A DNA stretch of 63,274 nt, the filler included, from Rhabdomonas costata (lineage: Eukaryota): the NCBI GenBank assembly GCA_019059605.1. It is 45 parts of 45 records of this genome, joined end to end, with 100 filler letters (N's around TTAATTAATTAA, not from the genome) between each part and the next. Parts side by side here need not be neighbours in the genome. Positions count along the whole stretch, not along the records: positions 52,110 to 53,417 come from JAHMHO010019860.1; positions 53,518 to 54,825 come from JAHMHO010019861.1; positions 54,926 to 56,233 come from JAHMHO010019862.1; positions 56,334 to 57,642 come from JAHMHO010019863.1; positions 57,743 to 59,050 come from JAHMHO010019864.1; positions 59,151 to 60,458 come from JAHMHO010019865.1; positions 60,559 to 61,866 come from JAHMHO010019866.1; positions 61,967 to 63,274 come from JAHMHO010019867.1; 37 more parts are not named here. One strand, given 5' to 3'. The notes beneath the pieces are model-generated. The model made no database searches and had not been told where the DNA came from. It saw only the letters and a list, made by a program, of their open reading frames with translations. The position numbers and the translations under genes were made by a program. The stretch's first letter is position 1. Each line of letters begins with the position of its first letter. Positions 52,868 through 63,274 of this stretch are shown one piece after another.

Positions 52868-55003
52868 GTACGACCTTGAGCTGCTTTTTGTTTCGTTCCC
52901 CACCCCTAACTGAATTATGCTGTTCAACTTGACCTCATTCTCGAAAAGTGGCTCTGGCGGTTCTCTTCAGACATTCGGTTTCTCCCGTTCCTTATGATTC
53001 ACTGTAGTGGTTTTTCGTCGCCCCCCTCCCTACACGGCTCATGGAATGGACCTGCTGGTACGGCTTCTCACTTATCGTTTCGGAATAATATCTTGCCTGG
53101 AGCTTTTCTCCGGCGTGCTTTATGTCGGTTCTTATTTAGTTCATTCGTTTTTGTGAAGTTTGAGTACTCAGCTTCCGCGTTAGATTGTGGTCGCCCCGTG
53201 CATAGTATGGTTTGAGGCGCTCCCACAGTCGGAAGTTTTTTTCATTTGTTCAAAAATTCGGGCGTATGTTATTCAATTTAAAGCAATTCGATGAGATTGC
53301 GCTCTTTTTTCTTCGTTATTTTCTCTCGCTCGGATTCACTTTTCCTGAAGGTTCAACGACAAATTTGAATCAGGGCGAACAGCAATTGAGGTGAGGGGAG
53401 CGAAAAGGAAAAAACAANNNNNNNNNNNNNNNNNNNNNNNNNNNNNNNNNNNNNNNNNNNNTTAATTAATTAANNNNNNNNNNNNNNNNNNNNNNNNNNN
53501 NNNNNNNNNNNNNNNNNGTGGTGGGTGTGGTTGGTGGTTTTTGGATGGTGCGGCGTTTCCATTTGCCCATTTCTTTTTCCGAATCGTTCACATTCCCTTT
53601 TCTCTTCGATGCACAAGTTTTAGATCCTCCGCCCAAACCTTGTCCACCCAGTCCCCTCGTATAACTTCCCTGAACGTCATCAACAGACTTCCTTTTGTTC
53701 CGACCTCCGCGCTGCGTGCATTTTCCGTAACCAATTCATTGTTTCCGCACACCTCCCAGAACCACAGTCGTTGCCTTGCGACATTCTGTCACTCAGTCAG
53801 TTCACTGCCGCGCGTCCCAAATCGGTATTCACAACCACAAACTTATGCTTACGACGAAGTTGTGCTCTCCACCGACACCACCAAGACGTTTTACACTCCG
53901 CATTACTGAAAGGAGCAGGTGCCACGGGCGCATCTCACCATCCGTCTATAGAACCTGAAACCCCCTGCAAAAGAGGAATGTCACAGGCACCAACGAATGG
54001 GGGGAGGGGAGAGAAGGGGAGGAGGAAGGAGGAGGAAGGGGGAGGGGGGGGCGTTGGGGTGTAGGCGGGAAAAGAAGGGAAAGGCACAGCCGGCGAACGC
54101 GAGGGGAGAAGGGGAGGGGGGCAAGAGACGCGAAAGCACCACGGGGTGCAACTGGGAGAACAGGTAAAAACAAAAACAGAACTCCTTCTAATTAAAGGCT
54201 GAGGGATGAGCGCACACTTTGCGGCTGGGCCGTGCCCTCTTTGGCGACAGCCTTTTCGAGCAAAAGGATCCCACTGGGAACGTTTCCGGACTGAAGGGAG
54301 CTCTCGTAGACAAACTCCTGCAACTTCAGACCCTAAACCGCAAAGCGAGAACAAAGGTCCAAAAAAATTGCACACACTCAAGGTGAACGAGCGATTGCTT
54401 GAACGAAAATGAGGAGTATCCACGTTCTCGAACTGGCGTTCGAATCAACATGCAATCCCTGGCTTCTCCCGTGATTCATCAGCCACCACCTGGGCTGGAG
54501 GCGTCGTTTCCCGAAATTTACGTATCCTAATCCGAATGTAGACATAACACACTCAAGTCCGAAAAAGCACTGCTGTTTCCAATTGAACTTCAATTGAAAC
54601 TACCATATCTTTAAAACACCAATATAGGGGGTAGGGGTGTGGGAGGGACAGACCTCGTGCTCCAAGCACACCCCGTGCACAAACGCCACCACGGCTGGGC
54701 TGTCCGCGCTAGCTCTCAAGATTGTCCCCAGCCTTGAGGCGATGCTGCCCCGCAGGACTGCCGCGGGTGAGGCCGCGGTTGCCCCACCCCCACCACCGCC
54801 CGCCACGGGGGCAGCCCCCACACAANNNNNNNNNNNNNNNNNNNNNNNNNNNNNNNNNNNNNNNNNNNNTTAATTAATTAANNNNNNNNNNNNNNNNNNN
54901 NNNNNNNNNNNNNNNNNNNNNNNNNTTTTGGTGTTATAGTTCTCAGGAGCTTTACAAAGGAGTTCTCACAACAGGGTTTGGCGGTGGGTGTGGGGACCGT
55001 GCA

Positions 55004-56220
55004 ATGGCTGCGTCGGTGGTTGCCTCGGTGTGCACGTGGGTTGGGTTGGGGCTGAGTCACTATGAGGAGGCTGTGCTGCTGTGGTGGCTGGCTGTGGCGA
55101 TGGTTGCGTTCAGCGCCTTTGCCGCGGTGGCGCTGCAGTTCATGCCGGCGTACTACGGACGCTTCACGGCGATGGCTGGGCCCTGGCAAGGGCCCCTGAT
55201 CCCGGGAAAGCTCGCCTGGGTCGTCCAGGTCATTGGATTGGGTCATTGAGTTGGCACTGTCTGCACTGGAATGGCACTGAGGGGCAGTGGAATGACTCTA
55301 TCATGAAGACAGAAATGGTGGGTATGGTGGGTAGTTGCAGCGGGCCAGATGCGATGATTGTTATGATTACAAGAAAGCAAATCCTCATGCGCGTCCTAAT
55401 TGAAAAAGTTGGAAAAAAAAATAAGTTAGGGGTGTATCACTGGCCTTGTTCACTGGCCTTCGATTCCCTGCAATGGCGAGCTAGCCATGTTCACTCCCCG
55501 TACCGTATATCCTCTGCCCCGTCCTTTGCAGGAAATCCCCAACGTGGTGCTGGCGGGGCTCTTCCTCTTTGTTTGCCCGGGGAGGACCCCCTTACCCACC
55601 CCCAACGCCGTTCTGCTTGGGCTGTTCCTGCTGCACTACACCCAGCGGGCCCTGGTGTGTGCCCTTTCTCTCTCGCACGCGAGTGGTGCTCCACAACTCA
55701 GGCTGTTCCTTGGTCCCGTGGTTTCCTCCATCTGCCTTTTCCACACCCATTTGTTTGGGGGGCTTAAAACGACGTGAGGCTGTGAGCATTGCTGCTCTCA
55801 GAACCCACCACGGTGTTCTTATCGCCTGTCACGGTTAGCGGCATCCTTTGCTTTCCGTTTAACTGCTGGGAGTGACAATCAGCGGTGCTGCACCGTTTAG
55901 CTCCAGACCAACTTGACGGGGTTTCAGAACACTTCATCCTCGCCTCTGATTTTGACTAGTCACCGTCTTTGATGTTGCTCAGTGGGGCAAAGTGGTCTTG
56001 GATTCTGACTGTGACAGCCTCCTGCGTTTCGTTGTTGTTGTTTTACCCCGTTTGTCAAATACAAAGATATTCCCTCTGCTGATCCGTGGGGGAAAGCCCA
56101 CCCCGCTGACGATCTTCCTGTACGCCCTTGCCTTCTGTGTGGTGAATGGGTACATGCAGGCCTGTACGCTGGCCCGCCACGCAGAGTTTCCCAAGGACCA
56201 CCTGCGCTCCCCTCAGTTCG
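55004..56220 (+). CDS. SRD5A: Steroid 5-alpha-reductase / DET2 family (exons 55004-55228, 55532-55654, 56067 to about 56220)
   Basis: YGRF, IPGKLAWVVQ|EIP, LFLLHYTQRAL|IFPLLIRGGKPTP and FCVVNGYMQ; two GT-AG introns. Confidence 0.93.
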
Positions 56221-56413
56221 TGTACCACCAAAANNNNNNNNNNNNNNNNNNNNNNNNNNNNNNNNNNNNNNNNNNNNTTAATTAATTAANNNNNNNNNNN
56301 NNNNNNNNNNNNNNNNNNNNNNNNNNNNNNNNNAAATATTCTGCAATGCTGTAAAAGGGGTGTAAAAGGGTTGCCTTCGGGAAATTCGGGTTTCTCTCTG
56401 CTGCATTTTTAAG

Positions 56414-56936
56414 GCGCAGACGTTAACCTGGCCAGAACGGACAGCGGGACCAGCCCGCTGTACATTGCGGTGGAAAATGGGCACGTGGAGCTGGCGGAAC
56501 TACTTCTTCAGAAAGGATCGTGTACTTTTTTGGCTGACGTTGTTGGTGGTGCTTTGCTTCGTTTTGGAGTGGGAATCGGCGATCTTTCCATGGGTGCCTT
56601 CTTTGGATTGTGGGGAAGGCGCTTTGTCGCTGTTTGATTTTTGTGATGTACAGGCTGGGAGTGTTACCTGCGGATATGACGTGTATGACGTGTATAGTGT
56701 CTTATTGTTTGTGTCACACCCAGCGAACGTAATTACAGCCTCTCTGAAGCAAGGCGTGTACGTGTACTGTTTCCGAATTTAGTGGGGTGGAATCAGCGGT
56801 GCCAGCCAAGAAAAAGTATGCGTTTTTTCCATTGCAGGGGCTAACGTGAATCAGCCGAACATCGAGGGGGTCAGCCCGCTGAGCAGAGCCTCGGAGGACG
56901 GTTCCTTGGAGCTTGTCGCTCTGCTTCTCGATAATG
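56414..56936 (+). CDS. Ankyrin-repeat protein, one repeat per exon (56414-56515 and 56838-56936)
   Basis: GADVNLARTDSGTSPLYIAVENGHVELAELLLQK and GANVNQPNIEGVSPLSRASEDGSLELVALLLDN; phase-1 exons of 102 and 99 nt. Confidence 0.92.
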
Positions 56937-56986
56937 GTATTTGTGCGTCGGCAAAAACTGCGTGATGAAGGCTTTTGTTGATGTTG

Positions 56987-56994
<8 letters not shown>

Positions 56995-57018
<24 letters not shown>
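56995..57018 (+). repeat. (AC)n microsatellite; similar tracts near 7513, 25605, 32862 and 49520
   Basis: Directly visible; mostly intronic. Confidence 0.9.
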
Positions 57019-57022
<4 letters not shown>

Positions 57023-59150
57023 CCGTGAGAAGCAGGAGGTGAGAGATTTCTGGTCTCCAATCTGGCTTTGTGTGGTTGCATCAAGCCGGTTCACCTTCTT
57101 TTTCCGCTAATTCTCACTCTCTTCTCTCCCTGTGCAAACCGGTGTGTAATGGTCCATCAAGCTTGCATGCGGCTTCATCAAGAAGCGAAAGTAAAAAGCA
57201 TCGGCCCTCAGTCAAGGGGCGGAGGGTGCGACGACTCAGGCGAGCGAGCTGGTGAGTTTTAAAAGTAAAAAATAGAAGGCCCCCTTTGTAAAAAAATTTT
57301 TTTTCAAGAATCACAGTGCATGCCCGCACAGACGGGGTGCCAGTGTCCATTTGATGAGCAAATAAGCACAGACAATAAAAAAACATCTAACAAACAGCCA
57401 CCTGGTGGTGAAGAGGAGGAAACTCGTGATGCGAAGTCGGTCGCTGTTTCCGCTCTCAATAATTAGAAAAAACAAATAGCGGGCGACTGCACGGAGACCT
57501 CATATCATAGATCCTCAGAGAGTGAGAGGAAAAGTAGCTGAAAAGGGAGATGAATTGGAGATGCGCAGGTGTAGGCATAGGCGAAGTTGGCCGTTTCTGA
57601 CTGCAGGGTCCCCTTCAAAAAAAAGTGTTGAACCAACCCCCCNNNNNNNNNNNNNNNNNNNNNNNNNNNNNNNNNNNNNNNNNNNNTTAATTAATTAANN
57701 NNNNNNNNNNNNNNNNNNNNNNNNNNNNNNNNNNNNNNNNNNGGGGGGACGGGGAAGAGCGGTTTGCGCGAAAATTTGGAAGTGTAGGACACAGCCTCTT
57801 ACACACTTTCGCTCTCTTGATTTCCAAACCAAGAAAAGAAATTGACGGACGCGACCCAGGTTAGCTGGGAAGCGATTGAGGAACTGGGAAAAGTTGGGAA
57901 AATCTCTCTCTCTCTCTCTTCAGAGGCTCTACCTTCCCATGGCTTGCACCGATGAGGAACCCCGAGGGCAAGGCAAAGACCACAAACAGGCGGTCCGCGG
58001 GGTTGGCAATCAGCGAGAGCAGGATCGCACTAACCTCATATGTGCTCGCAGACATGTCAGCTTTTACCGCAGCCTGGAGGTTGGCCATCGGCATCGTGCA
58101 CTCCAGAGTCACCCGGGGGATGCCTAAGGAGAAGACGGAGAAAGGGAGCTGAATCTTTGCCTATATCGTTACTACAGCAGATTTTTCCCATTGCACCCAC
58201 TGAAAATGGGGTGCATTTTTCACTGCAGGTTTGAACTGTCCTGCAAAAGGCGGCAGGTTTGTGTCCGCATCGCAGCACTAGCGCTGACAAGGAGTTCAAA
58301 CCGACGCAACGGGAGTGAGATGGCAGCGAGGATTGTGGTTGAAGTTAGGGTTGGCTTCCTCTCCCCTTCAATCACATCTCTCAGTCCCGAGAGGCGGCGG
58401 CATTGCCGCGTTTTGTCTTCCTTGGGGCCCAAGATGTCACCTGTGTCACAGTAAGTGGTGGGCGTCCCGGAGAGGCTATTGGGGCTTCGGAGTGACGCGT
58501 CGTTTTTTGTGAACAGGGGAACCGCCTGCTTTTGGATGGGATCTGGGGTTCATCAGGCGAAACAAGCCGTAATCACTGTGGAAAAATGAACAAAAATTCG
58601 AGTTCTCGAATACAATACCAAGCCTGATCCCCGTCCCCCCCTGATATGACGGGATCTCACGTAAAGTTTTTTTTTTTTGCAAATGATCAACTTCCAATCG
58701 CAATGAAGCCTCCATTCCAAGCTCCTTTTTATTTTCAATTTGGTCATTACCTTTCGCTGCATCGCTTCATGCATTCTTCGTGCTGCCACTTCAGCCTTCA
58801 CTCGAGTGCGACACTAAAGGCTGCGAGAACGTTTGCACAACGCAGGAAGGTGGCCAGGGAAGTACGGAGGTTCGTTGATATCCGGTAGCAGCATTCCGCC
58901 TGCATTTCCCAAGCCTGTTGGAGTTGTCGGGGCGCACGCGCTCTTGGCCACACAGGTACTCGCAAGAGCCTACCTTCGGAGCGAACGATGCCGAGGGGTA
59001 GCGCAACTACCTTTTTCCAGCGGCTACCCCGCTGCTCCATTGCTGCTTGANNNNNNNNNNNNNNNNNNNNNNNNNNNNNNNNNNNNNNNNNNNNTTAATT
59101 AATTAANNNNNNNNNNNNNNNNNNNNNNNNNNNNNNNNNNNNNNNNNNNN

Positions 59151-59156
59151 GGTGTT

Positions 59157-59191
<35 letters not shown>

Positions 59192-59203
59192 AGGTGTAGG
59201 TGT
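59151..59203 (+). repeat. (GGTGTC)n / (GGTGTA)n hexamer tandem repeat
   Basis: About eight copies at the contig start. Confidence 0.85.
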
Positions 59204-61966
59204 ATGTGTCCATGTTGTCATTGATGAATGAATCCGTGAGTGAGGCAAAGAGGTGGAGAGTAGGAAATATTAAACTTCCAAAGGACTAAATTAGCCACAA
59301 AAACAACATTTACATGAATGGAAACGAGAAGGTCATGAAGTACAGACCTGAAGCACATGATTATCTACAGGAAGTCCATGATGACCAGGCCACAGGATTA
59401 TCTTCGAAGGTTCAACGCTTGAGGAACCTCTTTTTAGCAAACAATACAACAGCAAAAACAGTCTGTGTATGTCTAAGTGTGACTGCCTCATGTTGGTGTA
59501 GCAGCTGCATAGTAATGTTATGCGTCTAAGTGGGTAACCAGTCCTATGGTGACAGTGCTCCACGATAGAGCCAGTTGTCGATTGCTCTAAACTCCCACAG
59601 GCTGACACAAGCACCCTAGTAACACTATGGGTATACACCACAGTTGTGAGTAGGCTTCAGGAGTCGCTTAGTCATTGTAGCGGATACTACCGGTAAACAC
59701 GTCCGGAGGAAGCTAGAAGGACAGGCCAAGGATCAACCCAGCCAACACCCAGCGATGATGTCAATTGTATATCCACTACCGTTGGTGCAAAGCTGACTGT
59801 CATGAATCAGGAACCATCCCACAGGTGACGATGCCAACCGTAGCATCGGATGTTGGTGGGAGCATGGAAGTCTCACCGTAACAGGTGCGCATGGAGCTAC
59901 CTTGTGGTGATTCTGCACTACTACGCCAATGTGGCAAGTTAGAGTGTGTGTATCGATACTTTTTGGTTGATTTCACCTACCACTATATGGTAGAGCATTC
60001 CGTATTGGAGATCTCCGAGACAATTACGACAGGTATACTGACAACTATGATGTAAGAAAAGTACAATGCCAACCCTTATTGTGATGAGTGGACTAAGCAT
60101 GCTACACTACAACTAAATTTCTGCAGGAGAGTAAGAGTGACGTTGAGGTTAGAGAGGAACTTTGAAAGAGGCCACACACACAATGATGATGCACTTCACG
60201 CTGACCTCACGTTGAGGATGGCTACGTAGATGGTGATCATGGAGGTTTTTGGAGGAGCCCTGAGGATGTTTGCGTCGTCGCCTGCTCCTGCGCTCGCATG
60301 ATCCTCCAAGATGCGTGGTTTGTCGTTCCATCACACTAAGATGGTTCCATTCCTCACCTTCACCTTCTACGCCGTCTCTACAAAGCATGCGGTTACGCTA
60401 CTCACATTCTACGTTCTCACAATTGTCATCTCCCCAACCAACCAAACACACCCACCACNNNNNNNNNNNNNNNNNNNNNNNNNNNNNNNNNNNNNNNNNN
60501 NNTTAATTAATTAANNNNNNNNNNNNNNNNNNNNNNNNNNNNNNNNNNNNNNNNNNNNGAGCCCGGGAAAGCGACTGTTAGGTGTGCCCCCTAACGCTGA
60601 TCTCCACTCTGATTGTCTCGTTCCGTCTGTTTGTGGTTCGTAGTGCACGTAGCCCACATTATGTTTGCAAGTTTACAAGTTTGAGTATGTTAATGCATTT
60701 TGACTGAGGTTGAATCGCTCTGAAAAGTGCTCTGAAGCCTGCGTGTGGTAAGGATTCTCCCAATATGCCACCATTTTGTGTGCGCCCTGACTTTGGCGAG
60801 CTTCAGGAAGGAAGCTTGCGGTAAATTCAGGCACCTGAAATGAATGTTCTATCTATTATTTATTTATTTTTTATTGAGCACGCCGTTGTTTTTCAGAGTC
60901 ATCGGGACTTAGGCGGGCATGGGAAATTCTGCCGACCACTGTGCAAGGGACGCTACCTCCGTTGCCCTCGAAGGGAAGAGGCCTGGACAAGGTCTGCGGT
61001 TCTGCGTTGGCTTGGCTCGTTTCCTGTAAGCTCTGGCAGTCAGTTGACAATTGCGGTGGGTTCTATGACAAGCGATTTTTCTTGCGAATGTGTTGTACAG
61101 ATTTTCTGATGTTATATACACAAGTTCGGTTCGGTGACAACCACTGGGCCCTTTTCGCCACCTTTCTCTCTCATACTCCGTCTCATTTTACAGGCCTTCA
61201 TTTGGGCATTTCCATTGCTGAACGTCAGATTTACAAATGTGCAAAAAAAAAAGCGTGTGGGGCAAAGGGCATTTTCAGGTTCCAAAAAGCGATGTCATCC
61301 TGGTTCAACAGCAGCACGAATCGGGGAGATGAAGAATGGGAGTGAGTGAAATACCGATGTGTTGCAACAAATGAGATGGATTATAAACTGTAACTTTTTG
61401 AAGAATGAAAATGTGATGAGGTCGAGCAAGGCGGAATATTTGGAACGGGTTGGAGGAGAAATGGACAACAGGGAGCACGGCAAAGAGAGATGGAGAGAAA
61501 GAGAGGCCAAAAGACTTTGAGAAAGAGTCTCTGCCCCCTGTGGCATTTTTTGAATTCCCGCGGTGCAATGTACAGCGTTGAGATCTTTCAAGAAGTCACC
61601 TTTCCAAAAAAAATCTCTCTGTCGGTGTGTTTCGGTCTGCTGAACCATCGCGGGTTGGCACCTCCGTGTGCGGTCGTGCCCTTTGATGTTGTTCCTTTCT
61701 TCAACCGAAAAACCTCTCCCCTCTGCTTATATCAGGCGGATGGTGGTGATGTCCTTTCCGAACGCTTCGCCGCTGCCGAGCGAGTGCTGCGAGACGAGCG
61801 CCGCCTGCTCCACCCCATTCCTGCCCGCCCCCTGTGGGGAACCATTCCCGTCCCTCCCCACACAACNNNNNNNNNNNNNNNNNNNNNNNNNNNNNNNNNN
61901 NNNNNNNNNNTTAATTAATTAANNNNNNNNNNNNNNNNNNNNNNNNNNNNNNNNNNNNNNNNNNNN

Positions 61967-63274
61967 GTGGACGGAGCTGGTGATTCGGTGATACCGTTCG
62001 TGTTCGGGGCTCGCGGGGGCGCCTCGCGGCGTCATCTGTAATGGAGGCTTCTGCCAGCCTTACCTTTATGGGGCTGGCCCCGACGGAAAACAATAAAACT
62101 GATGGGCTGAGTTTTGCGGGACGGGTGTATTTAGGTGTGTGTGTTCTGCTTTTGGTGCGTCAGTGCTATCACGCAGCCTGCTGGGATCGTCCTTTGATAG
62201 CCGTCTGTGCATATGTTTGTCCCTTGCACTTGGTGTGGTTGTGCGATGGAAAGTATTGCGGTGGGTGCAGACGAGAACGTTTTGGTTCCACGGCCATGCT
62301 GGGGGGCTCAGGCCAACCCAGAAGTAGCCAAGGAGTGAAGAGCGGGTTCTGTGTGTCTGTTTGATATTCCAGCCTGGCCGTGTCCCTCTCAGGTTTTTGG
62401 GAGGCCATATGATACGTAGCCCACGGTTTTCCGCAGTCTTGCCTCCCTCCTTTTCTTGTTTTCTCCTTCCCTTCTTCCGGTTAGTCTCTCACGAAAAGCT
62501 GTGTGTAAAGTTGCCGTCCACACCCACTGTCTTGGGCAGTGATTGATACCATCCGTTTTGAAAGATTGGTTGGGTTTCTTTTTCTTCTGGTTTTTCTCTT
62601 TTTGTCCCGATCCAACTCCGGTTGAGGAGGGGAGGAGGAGGCGGAACTAATGCATTGGTCCCAGCAGTTGTCAGCAGCACCCGTTCGCTGTCTCGATGAA
62701 AAACTGAGCAACGACGATCTGCTAGAGAGACCTCTCAGATTCATTCCGTGCTCGCATTGGAATTTTATGGATGGGTGATGTTTTTCTTATTCTGTACTTC
62801 TGGCGCATGGAAATTTTTTCGGGGGTGGGGTGTTTCCTTCGTGTCTTTGCCGCTGCCATCCTTCCCCCGCCCTCCGTGAGAGGTGTGTGGGAGAATGTGC
62901 CTATCCCTACCAGGTGATTGTCCCAGGATGTGTGTGGCTTTGGGTGCTTGCAGTGATTCGCGGCGAATCTCGAGCTCGTTTTCAGTTTGATGTGCTTTTG
63001 ATTTTATGCGGTGGTCACCTCCGGATGGCGCGACGCTGTCATTTTTGCGTTTTGTCCGCTGACGGTGGTGCCAGTGTGGTGGGGTTCCCCCAAGAACGTG
63101 GGGCGATGCATGTGAGTCTGTGAGGAGGGGTATGGTAATAACTGTCTGTGGACGGAGCTGGTGATTCGGTGATACCGTTCGTGTTCGGGGCTCGCGGGGG
63201 CGCCTCGCGGCGTCATCTGTAATGGAGGCTTCTGCCAGCCTTACCTTTATGGGGCTGGCCCCGACGGAAAACAA
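61967..63274. repeat. 1181-bp circular or tandemly repeated non-coding unit with a 127-nt terminal direct repeat
   Basis: 61967-62093 is identical to 63148-63274. Confidence 0.9.

Noticed and set aside
59204-60458. Possible decayed coding or retroelement sequence
   Set aside because: There are stops in all frames and no motif I can assign.
62306-62335. SRP RNA helix-8-like motif (TCAGG...AAGTAGCCAAGG)
   Set aside because: The GNRA tetraloop and its closing stem are missing, so this is probably coincidence.
62790-62825. Spliced-leader RNA gene (TTCTGTACTT core, also near 42532)
   Set aside because: Only about 9-10 nt match kinetoplastid or diplonemid SL exons, with no 5' part and no following G|GTA donor.
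62679-62833. Kinetoplast minicircle conserved blocks (ACCCGTTC and GGGGTGGGGTGT)
   Set aside because: These only partly match CSB-2 and CSB-3 (GGGGTTGGTGTA), are about 140 nt apart (too far), and no CSB-1 is present.
1-63274. Gene clusters or operons, for example signalling genes appearing adjacent
   Set aside because: The contigs are near-identical in length and look ordered by size, so they are unlinked and neighbourhood means nothing.

Overview
This is not a continuous locus. It is 45 unrelated contigs of about 1.3 kb each, joined by 100-nt spacers (44 N + TTAATTAATTAA + 44 N), so adjacency between contigs carries no biological meaning and ORFs running into X are artefacts. The DNA is an intron-rich eukaryotic (protist) nuclear genome. 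A euglenid-like euglenozoan is my best inference, and it is not proven. Most contigs start with G/T-only sequence and end with A/C-only sequence, and several ends carry fold-back hairpins, which points to primer-based whole-genome amplification. Spliced fragments I recognise by protein motif: PIG-O, a DEAD-box helicase, methionine synthase reductase, a CLC channel, a BK-type K+ channel RCK domain, an LSD1-like amine oxidase, 6-phosphogluconolactonase, SPINDLY, a discoidin-like domain, a response-regulator receiver, an RBR+ZZ E3 ligase, steroid 5-alpha-reductase, ankyrin and LRR repeats, receptor-cyclase-like fragments and a decayed CRE-like non-LTR retroelement. All protein calls are from remembered family motifs, not database searches. 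I found no rRNA, intact tRNA or CRISPR, and no demonstrable novel multi-gene system. The best leads are relaxed 5' splice sites (several GC donors and a probable GA-AG intron) and a non-coding 1181-bp circular or tandem unit in the last contig.
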